From Eledone cirrhosa (Eukaryota), in contig OZ024742.1 in the NCBI GenBank assembly GCA_964016885.1, positions 204,910,001 to 204,974,000 on the forward strand: a DNA stretch of 64,000 bases, written 5' to 3'. Shown piece after piece: positions 10,751 to 23,300 of the stretch (within the stretch, counting starts at the first letter, position 1; each line of letters starts with the position of its first letter). Position numbers and translations under genes: made by a program. The notes under the pieces are model-generated. The model did not search any database. It saw only the letters and a list, made by a program, of their open reading frames with translations, and was not told the DNA's origin.

Positions 10751-10954
10751 TATATATATATGTGTTTGTCTATATTGTATCTGTATTATTTTTGACCGCC
10801 GGTCAGTCAATGGCAACATTGAGGACCGAGTAAGTTAGATCGCAGATATATATATATAAAAGACAGCGAGAAGCGAAAACCAACCAAACAGTGAGTGTGT
10901 TCTGTTATTAATTCTGGCAATATTACGCAAATATGACCCTCCCCAAATATAACA

Positions 10955-11952
<998 letters not shown>

Positions 11953-12407
11953 TCTCCGGGAGAGATGACCCCTTAGCCTTTGTCAAGGCAGAATTCTAGG
12001 AGAAGGAAAACTCTGATATAACACCTGCAACCCTGATGGTATCCAATGATGTTGACTTGTTCTTCTTTTTGGTAAATATCATCTTGGTTAAGAGAGTGGG
12101 ACTGGCTTTGTGCAGTGCCTTTGCTCACTATAAAAGCTTCACGGCACAGGCATTGCTTTATATCTGGAGATCTCTCTGCACTTGTTGTCACATGGTACCA
12201 TGGGCCCAGCACTATGTGTCAATAATTGTCACAAGTGTAGTCTTTGTACCAGAGTTTTCAAGTCGCTGGCTGGACTAAAAAGTCACACTTGTTCAGCGCA
12301 TCGGTAGGGGTTCTCCTACATGGATATAAAGTAGTGGCCGTACTCGAAAACGAGTTGGCAGCCACCATATATATAAATATGTGTATATATATATATGTGT
12401 ATATATA

Positions 12408-12446
<39 letters not shown>

Positions 12447-12765
12447 AAAAACGAATCTAGTAAGCAGGCAGGAAGGTAGTGGACTATATGGCTTTTAAAC
12501 ATACTCAACAGCAATTACAACAACAGGGAGTAACAAAAACTGACAGTGAACAGCAATAACAACAACAAAAAGGCCAGCTGGATGGTTTTCTTGGCACAGC
12601 TGGTATGTGAGGAGTGAGCTGTTAGGGAACAATGGCAGCACAATAATAACAATGATGGTGGTGATGATAATGATATTATGCAGTGTCTACAAATAGAGAA
12701 CAGTAAAAATGTGTTGTAGAATGGAGTTAAGAGATAAGGAAAGAGATCAGACATCATAGAAGGCC

Positions 12766-12890
12766 GGGGGGGGGGGGGGGGGACAAACATATCAAGTAAT
12801 TGGTGGCGGCAGTGGTGGTGATAGTGGTGTTGGTAGTAGTAGTGGTAGTGGTAGTAGTAGTGGCACTGGTGGTAGAGGTGGTGGTGGTAG
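12766..12890. repeat. G run and degenerate (GGT/AGT)n trinucleotide tract
   Basis: Directly visible. It explains the His/Tyr/Pro-rich ORF 12515..13015. Confidence 0.85.
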
Positions 12891-13827
12891 GGAGGAGAAA
12901 GATAGACATATTTGTAAGTACTAACATATTGGTAATTTGATCTGTCCCCCATACATAAACAGTGTGTGTGTGTCAGGGAGGGCATTGTTATAAAAGGAAG
13001 AAAAACTAGATTCACATTTCTTTTATTGTTGTTTCTATGTCATTGCTACATATATATGTGTGTGTGTGTGTATGTGTATATATATATGTGTGAGTGTGTT
13101 ACTATCTAATCTAACCAATGTCAACTGTTATATATATATGTGTGTATGTATTATGTGAATTTATATATAGGGAGAGGTATGTATATATATATATATATAT
13201 GATGATGATATACTTTAAAGACAACAGAAACCGGATTCCAAATATTCTTTTAAGGTGGCAAAAATCATAATACGTGTTTCTATGGCTTGCTTACATCATC
13301 AGATCACGATATAAGACTTTACCTATGCCATTAAGTGTAAATTGCAAATATTATGTAATCTGTTACAGGACTATGGCAAACATAAACAGAGAATGGACTA
13401 GATTCGAAGATGGCACGCTATGATGGTACTATGATGAACTGTTTTTGAATGTCGCACACTCAGCAATGCTGAGCATTGTGAGTTCATAGGTGCAACCAAG
13501 GAAGGTTGGGGTTGCTTGGCAGGTGACAGAAATTCTGCTGTCCTCAGATAATGCTACGCTATTAATCAGAACCATGTATGCATTCATGTATATGTAAGGG
13601 ATATTTATGCATTAAAATGTTCAAATTATAAAAATTTGTTGGGAATGTTTGCAAGGATATGCATAAGTAACACTAATGACAATGTATTAAATGTAGAAAA
13701 ACAATGTTTAACTCCAGATATTTTTGCACATAGAATTTGAAGTTGGTGAAAATTGGCAAAATATTGACCCCCATTTTGCCTCCGAGTTTTTTGTCACATG
13801 TTTCTTTGTTTATATATTAGTGTACAT

Positions 13828-13881
<54 letters not shown>

Positions 13882-13884
<3 letters not shown>

Positions 13885-14214
13885 TCATTTCATTTTACAT
13901 CCGCTTTTCCCTGCCTGCAAGGGTGGGACAGGAACTGATTCTGGCTTGATTTCTACAGCTGGATGCCCTTCCTAACACCAACCTCATTTACAGTGAGTGC
14001 TGGGTGCTTTTTTGCCGTGGCACCTACACGACCACTTTGCAGTGGAATGATATGGACCCCAGTCCTATCATCTCATTTCTACAGCTGAGTAAACTGGAGC
14101 AATGTGAAATAAAGTGTCTTGCTCAAGGAAACAACACATCACCCGGTCTGAGAATTGAACTCACAACCTTTCGATTGCAAGCCCAATGCTCTAACCACTT
14201 AGCCATGTGCCTCC
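13882..14214 (-). mobile_element. tRNA-derived SINE with an RTE-like 3' tail
   Basis: On the minus strand: A box TGGCTAAGTGG (14195-14205), B box GAGTTCAATTC (14152-14162), central TCCTTGAGCAAGACACTTTA. About 13927-14040 closely matches the RTE 3' UTR in this window, and the element ends in GATGAT. Confidence 0.8.
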
Positions 14215-14396
14215 ATATATATATATATATATATGTACGGCAACACTCATCTTTTTCCATTTCTCCGAGGGTTATAAACCCCACTATCAAGCTAGAAATT
14301 TCTTTAGTCTAAAATACGGTGAAAGCTTATAATTTCTAATTTCTAATTTCTAATATATATATATATATTCCATAACTACCCTTGCTAAATATATGC

Positions 14397-14890
14397 AAAT
14401 GAGCATCTCCAGCTAATGTTTCATATACAAAAATGTATATAGGCTATAGCTTATTCTTGATTTAGTGTGAAGTGAGTAAATGTCACCGATGATGTATCAA
14501 AATCTAGAAACATGTGTCTGATGCTCTCACAGGGCTACTGAGATGGCCATGACGTGATCACAGTTTTAAATATTCATAGGGAGACTTGTATGTTTATTAT
14601 ACATAAACATATCATTTATGTCTTCATATACACCTCAATTATGAAACACGATGTTAGTGTTATTGCTAATTTGTCTTAGCCTGTCAAGCTCACACCATAT
14701 GAAAATGAGCATTTCCAACTGATATTTCATTTGCACTATATGAAGATGAGCATCTCCAACCAAGGTTTCATATGCAAAAATGTATACAAGCTATAGTTTA
14801 TTCTTGTCATGGTACCAAGTGAGGAAACATCACCAATGATGGATCAAAATTCAGAAACATCTATCAGCCTCACATGGCTACTGAGATAGC
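14397..14890 (+). repeat. Diverged tandem duplication (period ~347 bp) with decayed hammerhead-like motifs
   Basis: GAGCATCTCC...GCTACTGAGAT starts at 14401 and again at 14748. CCGATGA...GAAACATGTGTC lies at 14486-14518 and CCAATGA...GAAAC at 14833-14858. Confidence 0.6.
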
Positions 14891-15492
14891 TGAGAAGTTA
14901 TCACAACTTAACCTTCAGCATACATATGGGCATTATTATGATTAACTCCCCAAATTGTTTCTTTAATTATGGTTGTGTGCTCCATATTGGTGAAGTCATG
15001 CTGCTATACTAAACAATACTACCAAACCCAGCCAATCTGCCACTGCTGCTGTCATTTGCTGACTGATTAGCTGTTAATGCCACACATGGAATACCGGCAC
15101 CAACTTGAAAATTTAATAAGGTCGATTTTCAGAAACCCCTTGAAGGAATGCTGGCCAATAAGAATTCCCTTGTCCAAAAATTTGTTGGTTATGGATTTAT
15201 TATCATGCAGTGGATTCTGCATGGAATTTGAAACTACTGCACTAGCTTAGACATGGATCTTTGTACTCCAGCGGATTTTTGTATGCTAAACTAAGAGGAT
15301 ACTAACTGTTTCAATTGATGAAATTGTGAGTACTTTAACATTTTCATGTTAATCTGTTAATTACACTGTTTTCATAACTTAGGCTTCTGGCTGGGTATGT
15401 TGTCTTACAATTAATCCTATGTGTGTGCTCCTAATGAATTTGTTGAGCAAATTGTAAATGAGATCGAAATCACTGGATATTGATCTAAACCC

Positions 15493-15523
<31 letters not shown>

Positions 15524-16801
15524 TAATTTACTTTTTGCCTACTTACATTAGAATTAGAATTATTCACTTTTTGTAACCATATACTTTTCATAATTCTATG
15601 TAACTTTTTTACATCTCTAGATTTATTTACGTTTTATTCATCACTGGTTTCTCATCTAAACTATAATAAAGAAAGGAGTGCAGGACTGCATCCAGAATAT
15701 ATTTTTTTATCCCGTTTGTAAAATAAGTTGGATTACTTTGAATAAATAATAAATGAATATTACATAATTTATCTACTAAATTTCGTGGCTGTTGATTAAA
15801 TATATTTTATTGCTTATTTAAAGATTCACTTCTTTAAAATTTTCAAATGTCAACGCTTCCGGTTAGCGATCGCTTAAATAATCATTCATATATTTCCGTC
15901 ACTAATTTTCTCCTAATGCAGTTTATATATAATATTGTCTTTTTTAATGCATCCTGGATTACGTTAATGATTACATAAGAGAGTGTAACACAGTCTTCGT
16001 TCAATTTCGTTCAATATATTGTCAATTATGATTTTATTTGATGTTACATATCTACATGCATGTATACTTGCATATAATTTCAATATGCACACTACACATG
16101 CTAGCAGAAAAGCCACCCGAAGGTAGCTTTTTCTGCTAGTTTTTATAATCATCGGAATCTCTCTAGTTTTTATAACACTTTACACCACTAATATTATACC
16201 CTTTAAGAGATTCACTGTTACGCCACGCTGATTTTTGGCCAGACTAGAACTGCTATTGCAGCTTATATGGTGCCCCCATCCCCAAGCTTTGTTAAAAACA
16301 ACAAACATATATGGTTCTGAGCAGCCAATAGCAAAAATGTGTTGCTGCCAAGCAATGCAACCCCCTACCCACTCCAATGAATCCACAAGGCATAGTTTTC
16401 GAGTGTAACATACAGTGATCACACTGACTGACAGACCACCTCCATATCAATTTTTTGTTAATATTTTGCTGATATCTATTTATTGATTACTTAATCTTTT
16501 AGATTTTTTATGTGAATTCCACCTGATAATGTCACCCCATGTCTTGTGTCATTGTCTGATGACGTCTGCAGGCCATAGAAATACGTATTATATATCTATG
16601 CAACATAGAGGAATATTTGTAATCCACCCATCTTTTTTCATTGAAGCATGTGTGTAATATAATATATATAAAAATAATATATATAAAAAATTTTTTTTAA
16701 ATTGTCAATTGACTTTCGTCAAATTGGACCGAGGAAACAATGTTTTTGTTGGTCTTTCCAATTGCTAATACTATCTATCGGTCGCAACTCCATGTAGAAG
16801 A

Positions 16802-16890
16802 AGCAGCGTGAAATAAAGTGTCTTGCTCAAGGACATAACGCATCGCCTGGTCCAAGAATCGAACTCACAACCTCACGATTGCAAATCCAG
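16802..16890 (-). mobile_element. Fragment of the same tRNA-SINE family
   Basis: GTGAAATAAAGTGTCTTGCTCAAGGA...GAA(T/C)GAACTCACAACCT...CGATTGCAA-type sequence matches 14104-14180. Confidence 0.7.
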
Positions 16891-17069
16891 TTCTATATAT
16901 ATATAATGTGTGTGTGTGTGTGTGTGTGAAGTATTAACAGTGTGTTGTCTGAGAAGACCACAAATTACAGTAGTACTTGATATATGGTGAGTTGCAGGGT
17001 TTAAAGTATAATTCTTATTAACAGTGTATCTGTATTTATGTCTTATAACTTGTAAAAAATAGGTATTGG

Positions 17070-17148
17070 GCGGGGGGGTCAATGTGATTGACTATATCAA
17101 GGCAGTGCCCCAGCATGACTGCAACCTAATGATTGAAACCAATAAAAT
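17070..17148 (+). mobile_element. Probable SINE 3' fragment
   Basis: GGGGTCAATGTGATTGACT...TCAAGGCAGTGCCCCAGCATG...GAAACCAATAAAA resembles, from memory, a common octopus SINE tail. There is no second copy in the window. Confidence 0.35.
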
Positions 17149-17515
17149 GTGTTCTTTATATTTCTTTATGAGTTATATGCTTCAATAAATCTTGTTTTTA
17201 GAAACAAGTTCATTTTCTCTGAACATTTCTTCCCCAATATTATTGTTATTATTGTACCACTACCTCCTCCGCCACCCCTCTCCTTAATGTTTCCCTTGTT
17301 GATGCACTTATCCTTTATTTCCCATGTATATGCTGTGATTATATTCAAAGCAATGACAATAATAATATCCCTTTGTTGTTGATAACTCATATTTATATTT
17401 ATATTTTTTCTCAGTATTTTTGGGGTCATGATTTTGTGTCTAGGCACACACACATACATACATATATATATAAATTTATATATATATATATAAGGGTTAT
17501 TATTATTATTTCTAG

Positions 17516-17620
17516 AGCAAACACACAAAACAGCATGAAGGTCTATATTATACCATTCCTGATGAAGTTGTGAAACAATGCTTTAAAGAGAAAGGTCTTT
17601 CTGTAATATATCAGAAACAG
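17516..17620 (+). CDS. DAP3: Internal coding exon (105 nt, phase 0/0), probable DAP3 / mitochondrial ribosomal protein mS29
   Basis: Acceptor ttattatttctAG| and donor CAG|GTAAGA. The open frame reads SKHTKQHEGLYYTIPDEVVKQCFKEKGLSVIYQKQ, resembling the recalled human DAP3 segment [34 protein letters not shown] that precedes VKTF. No other exon was recognised in the window. Confidence 0.75.
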
Positions 17621-18233
17621 GTAAGATGTTCTCTTAGAATTAAAATTTTTTTCATCATCAACATCATGGATTCTCGTTTTCATGTACAGGCATAATTGCA
17701 ATGGTATACATATTCTTACATTTTACATCCCTTCAACAACAGACTAGTCCTTCTTCATTTACTATTGCCTTTCCCCTCTAAAGTTTTACATTCAATGTTA
17801 GTACTTCAACATGCCATCATTAGTTTTCCAATGCACTACGTGTCATCTTACAATCCAAATATAGACGCAAATTCTAATTGAGCATGAAAATAGATAGACT
17901 GTGTGACTGGGACTCTCGATAGACTGTGTGACTGGGACATTAGATAGTCTGTCTGACTGGGACAGTAGATAGACTGTCTGACTGGGACAGTTGATAGACA
18001 GTCTGACTGGGAAGTAGATATACAGTTTGACTAGGACAGTAGATAGACTGTCTGACTGGGCCAGTTGATAGACAGTCAGACTGGGACAGTAGTTGGACTG
18101 TGTGACAGTAGTTAGACTGTGTGACTGTAGATAGACTGTAGATAGACTGTCTGACTGTGACAGTTGATAGACATTCTGACTGGGACAGTAGATAGACTGT
18201 CTGACTGACAGTAGATAGACAGTCAGGCTTAGA

Positions 18234-18342
18234 CACTAGGTAGACAATTATGAAAGGTAAATAATTTTATGTAAGACTTACATCCTTTTGTTTGTGTGTC
18301 TACTTCTCCATGTTTTCTATCTATATTTGTCTGTTTATCCAG
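18234..18342 (+). repeat. ~110-bp AT-rich non-monomer spacer (first of 27 copies)
   Basis: CACTAGGTAGACAATTATGAAAGGTAAAT...TTTGTCTGTTTATCCAG. Copies start near 18233, 20760/21241, 24099/24555, 29007, 31817/32273, 34614/35070, 37903/38359, 40701/41157, 43499/43955, 46272/46728, 49070/49526, 52285/52741, 55083/55539, 58323/58779 and 62134. Confidence 0.95.
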
Positions 18343-20351
18343 TAGATAGACTGGCTGACTGTGACAGTTGATAGACAGTCTGACTGGGACAGTAGATAGA
18401 TTGTCTGATTGGACCAGTAGATAGACTGTCTGACTGAGACAGTTGATAGACTGTCTGACTGAGACAGTTGATAGACTGTATGACTGGGACAGTTGATAGA
18501 CAGTTTAACTGGCACAGTAGATAGACTGGGACGGTAGATAGGCTGTCTGCCTGGGACAGTTCAGAGACAGTCTAGCTGGGACATTAGATAGACTTCTGAC
18601 TGGCCCAGTAGATAGACTGACTGACTGGGACACTTGATAGACTGTCTGACTGGGACAGTAGATAGACTGTCTAACTGGAACAGTAGATCGACTGTCTGTT
18701 TGACTGGGACAGTAAATAGACAGTGTAACTGGGACAGTTCATAGACAGTGTAACTGGGACATTAGTTAGACTGTCTGACTGGGACAGTAGATAGACTGTC
18801 TGACTGGGACAGTAGGTAGATAGTCTCACTGTGACAGTAGATAGATCGTCTGACTGGGAGAGTTCATAGACTTCTGACTGACAGTTCATAGACAGTCTAA
18901 CTGGGACATTAGATAGACTGACTGACTGGACCAGTAGATAGACTGTCTGACTGAGACAGTTGATAGACTGTCTGACTGAGACAGTTGATAGACTGTGTGA
19001 CTGGGACAGTTGATAGACAGTTTAACTGGCACAGTAGATAGACTGGGACGGTAGATAGACTGTCTGCCTGGGACAGTTCAGAGACAGTCTAGCTGGGACA
19101 TTAGATAGACTTCTGACTGGCCCAGTAGACAGACTGACTGAGACAGTTTATAGACTGTCTGACTGGGACACTTGATAGACTGTCTGACTGGGACAGTAGA
19201 TAGCCTGTCTAACTGGGACAGTAGATCGACTATCTGTTTGGGACAGTTCATAGACAGTGTAACTGGGACAGTTCATAGATAGTGTAACTGGGACATTAGT
19301 TAGGCTGTCTGACTGGGACATTAGATAGACTGTCTGACTGGGTCAGTCGATAGCCTGTCTGACTGAGACAGTTCATAGACAGTCTGACTGGGACAGTTGA
19401 TAGACTGTCTGACTGGGACAGTAGATAGACTGTTTGCCTGGGACAGTTCATAGACAGTGTAACTGGGACATTGGTTAGACTGTCTGACTGGGACAGTCTA
19501 TAGACAGTCTGACTGGGACAGTTGATAGGCTGTCTGACTGAGACAGTTGATAGACTGTCTGACTGGGACAGTTCATAGACAGTCTAACTGGGACATTAGA
19601 TAGACTATCTGACTGGGACAGTTCATAGACAGTCTAACTGGGACATTAGATAGACTGTCTGACTGGGACAGTTCATAGACAGTCTAACTGAGGCATTAGA
19701 TAGACTGTCTGACTGGGCCAGTAGATAGCCTGTCTAACTGGGACAGTAGATAGCCTGTCTGACTGGGACAATAGATAGACTGTCTGACTGGGACAGCGGC
19801 TAGACTGTCTAACTGGGACAGTTCATAGACAGTCTAACTGGGACATTAGATAGACTCTCTGACTGGGACAGTAGATAGACTGTTTGACTGTGACAGTTGA
19901 TTGACAGCCTGACTGGAACAGTTGATAGACTGTCTGACTGGGACAGTAGATAGACTGTATGCTTGGGACAGTTCATAGACAGTCTAACTGGGATATTACA
20001 TAAACTGTCTGACTGGGACAGTAGATAGACTGTCTGACTGAGACTATCAATAGAATGTGTGACTGGGACAGTTGATAGACAGTTTAAGTGCGACAGTAGA
20101 TAGACTGTCTGACTGGGACGGTAGATAAACCATATGACTGGGACAGTAGATAGACTGTCTGCCTGGGACAGTTCATAGACAATCTACCTGGGACATTAGA
20201 TAGACTTCTGACTGTGCCAGTAGATAGACTATCTGACTGAGACAGTTTATAGACTGTCTGACTGGGACAGTAGATAGACTGTCTGACTGGGACAGTTGAT
20301 AGACTGTCTGACTGGGACTCTTGATAGACTGTCTAACTGGGACAGTTCATA

Positions 20352-23300
20352 GAAATTTTTAACAGGGACAGTTCTTAGAGAGTCTAACTGGGACATTAGA
20401 TAGACTCTCTGACTGGCACAGTAGATAGACTGTCTGACTGTGACAGTTGATAGACAGCCTGGCTGGAACAGTTGATAGACTGTCTGACTGGGACAGTAGA
20501 TAGACTGTCTGACTGGAACAGTAGATAGACTGTGTGACTGTGACAGTAGATAGACTGTGTGACTGTGACAGTATATAGAATGTCTGCTTGGGACAGTTCA
20601 TAGACAGTCTAACTGGGACAGTAGATAGACTGTGACAGTTGATAGCCTGTCTGCCTGGGACAGTGCATAGACAGTCTAACTGGGACAACAGATAGACTGT
20701 CTGACTGGGACAGTAGATAGACAGTATGACTGGGACAGTAGATAGACAGTCTGGTTGAGACACTAGGTAGACAATTATGAAAGGTAAATAATTTTATGTA
20801 AGACTTATATCCTTTTGTTTGTGTGTCTGCTTCTCCATGTTTTCTATCTAAATTTGTCTGTTTATCCAGTAGATAGACTGTCTGACTCTGACAGTTGAAA
20901 GACAGTCTGACTGGGATAGTATATAGACTGTCTGACTGGGACAGTAGATAGACAGTGTGACTTGAACAGTAGATAGACAGTCTAACCGTGACAGTAGATA
21001 GACTGTCTAACTGGAACAGTAGATAGACTCTCTGCCTGGGACAGTTCATAGACAGTCTACCTAAAACATTAGATAGACTGTCTGACTGGGACAGTAGATA
21101 GACTGTGTGACTGGGACAGTTGCGAGACTGTCTGACTGGGATAGCGGATAGACTGTCTAACTGGGACATTAGATACACTGTCTGACTTGGACAGTAGATA
21201 GACTGCCTGACTGTGATAGTTGATAGACAGTCTGACTGAGACACTAGGTAGACAATTATGAAAGGTAAATAATTTTATGTAAGACTTATATCCTTTTGTT
21301 TGTGTGTCTGCTTCTCCATGTTTTCTATCTATATTTGTCTGTTTATCCAGTAGATAGACTGTCTGACTGTGACAGTTGATAGACCATCTGACTGGGATAG
21401 TATATAGACTGTCTGACTGGGATGGTAGATAGACAGTGTGACTGGAACAGTAGATAGACAGTCTAACTGGGACAGTAGATAGACTGTCTAACTGGAACAG
21501 TAGATAGACTGTGTGACAGTAGATAGACTCTCTGTCTGGGACAGTTCATACAAAGTCTACCTGGGATATTAGATAGACTGTCTGACTGATACAGTAGATG
21601 GACTGTCTGACTGGGATAGTAGATAGACTGTTTGATTGGGACAGTAGTTAGACAGTTTGACTGGGACAGTAGATAGACAGTCTGGCTTGGACAGTAGATA
21701 CACTGTCTGACTGGGACAGTAGATAGACAGTCTAACTGGGACAGTAGATAGACAGTCTAACTGGAACAGTAGATAGACTGTCTAATTGGAACAGTAGATA
21801 GACTATGTGAATGGGACAGTTGATAGACAGTCTAACTGGAACAGTAGATAAACTGTCTAACTGGAACAGTAGATAGACTGTCTAACTGGAACAGTAGATA
21901 GTCTATCTGACTGGGACAGTCGATAGGCTGTCTGTCTGGGACTGTTGATAGACAGTTTAACTGGGACAGTAGATAGACTGTTTGACTGGGACAGTTCATA
22001 GACAGTCTAACTGGGACATTAGATAGACTGTCGGACTGAGACAGTAGATAGACTGTCTGACTGGGACAGTAGGTAGATAGTCTCACTGTGACAGTAAATA
22101 GACAGTCTGACTGGGAGAGTTGATAGACTGTCTGACTGACAGTTGATAGACTGTCTGACTGACAGTTGATAGACTGTCTGACTGACAGTTGATAGACTGT
22201 CTGACTGACAGTTCATAGACAGTCTAACTGGGGCATTAGATAGACTGTCTGACTGGACCAGTAGATAAACTGTCTGACTGAGACAGTTGATAGACTGTGT
22301 GACTGGGACAGTTGATAGACAGTTCAACTGGGACAGTAGATAGACTGTCTAACTGGGACAGTAGATAGACAGTCTAGCTGGGACAGTTGATAGACAGTCT
22401 AACTGGAACAGTAGATAGACTGTCTAACTGGAACAGTAGATAGACTGTCTAACTGGAACAGTAGATAGACTGTCTAACTGGAACAGTAGATAGACTGTCT
22501 AACTGGAACAGTAGATAGACTGTCTAACTGGAACAGTAGATAGACGGTCTAACTGGAACAGTAGATAGACTATGTGACTGGGACAGTTGATAGACAGTTT
22601 AACTGGGACAGTAGATACACTGTCTGACTGGGACAGCGGCTAGACTGTCTAACTGGTACAGTTCATAGAAAGTTTAACTGGGACAGTTCATAGACAGTCT
22701 AACTGGGACATTAGATGGACTCTCTGACTGGGACAGTAGATAGACTGTTTGACTGTGACAGTTGATTGACAGCCTGACTGGGACAGTAGATAGATTGTCT
22801 GCTTGGGAGGGTTCATATACAGTCTAACTGGGATATTACATAAACTGTCTGACTGGGACAGTAGATAGACTGTCTGACTGAGACAGTCAATAGACTGTGT
22901 GACTGGGATAGTTGATAGACAGTTTAACTGGGACAGTAGATAGACAGTCTGACTGGGACGGTAATAAACCATCTGACTGGGACAGTTAATAGACTGTCTG
23001 TCTGGGACAGTTCATAGACAATCTACCTGGGACATTAGATAGACTTCTGACTGTGTCAGTAGATAGACTATATGACTGAGACAGTTTATAGACTGTCTGA
23101 CTGGGACAGTAGATAGACTGTCTAACTGGAACAGTAGATCGACTGTCTGTTTCGGACAGTTCACAGACAGTGTAACTGGGACAGTTCATAGACAGTGTAA
23201 CTGGGACATTAGTTAGACTGTCTGACTGGCACATTAGATAGACTGTCTGACTGAGACAGTTCATAGACAGTCTGACTGGGACAGTTGATAGACTGTCTGA

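Larger units (their letters stand above)
6191..10958 (-). mobile_element. Penelope-like element (C-terminal GIY-YIG), 5'-truncated, with a ~1.8-kb inverted partial copy
   Basis: Arms 6247-8044 and 9164-10958 are reverse complements with identical translations, and a 3-bp homopolymer length difference is the one change I found. The loop is 8045-9163, and a one-sided 56-nt tail lies at 6191-6246. Confidence 0.93.

Noticed and set aside
11953-12366. Segment with GGAGAAGGAAAACTCTGA, reminiscent of an RTE-type 5' region
   Set aside because: There is no ORF, no second copy and no defined ends. The resemblance is from memory only.
15273-15326. Candidate exon between ctccAG and GTGAGT
   Set aside because: It has stops in all three frames and no similarity to DAP3.
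14940-15450. Faint minus-strand resemblance to a Helitron Pif1 helicase C-terminus (ISSIETV, YPL, PIKF, ALTANQS)
   Set aside because: It needs many frameshifts and is too degenerate to support without a translated HMM search.
15845-15900. CpG-containing patch with CTTCCGG (ETS-like), possible promoter
   Set aside because: It is a single short motif, and no first exon or start could be linked to it.
17557-17576. CTGATGAAGTTGTGAAAC hammerhead-like string
   Set aside because: It has no stems and lies within the exon, encoding PDEVVKQ.
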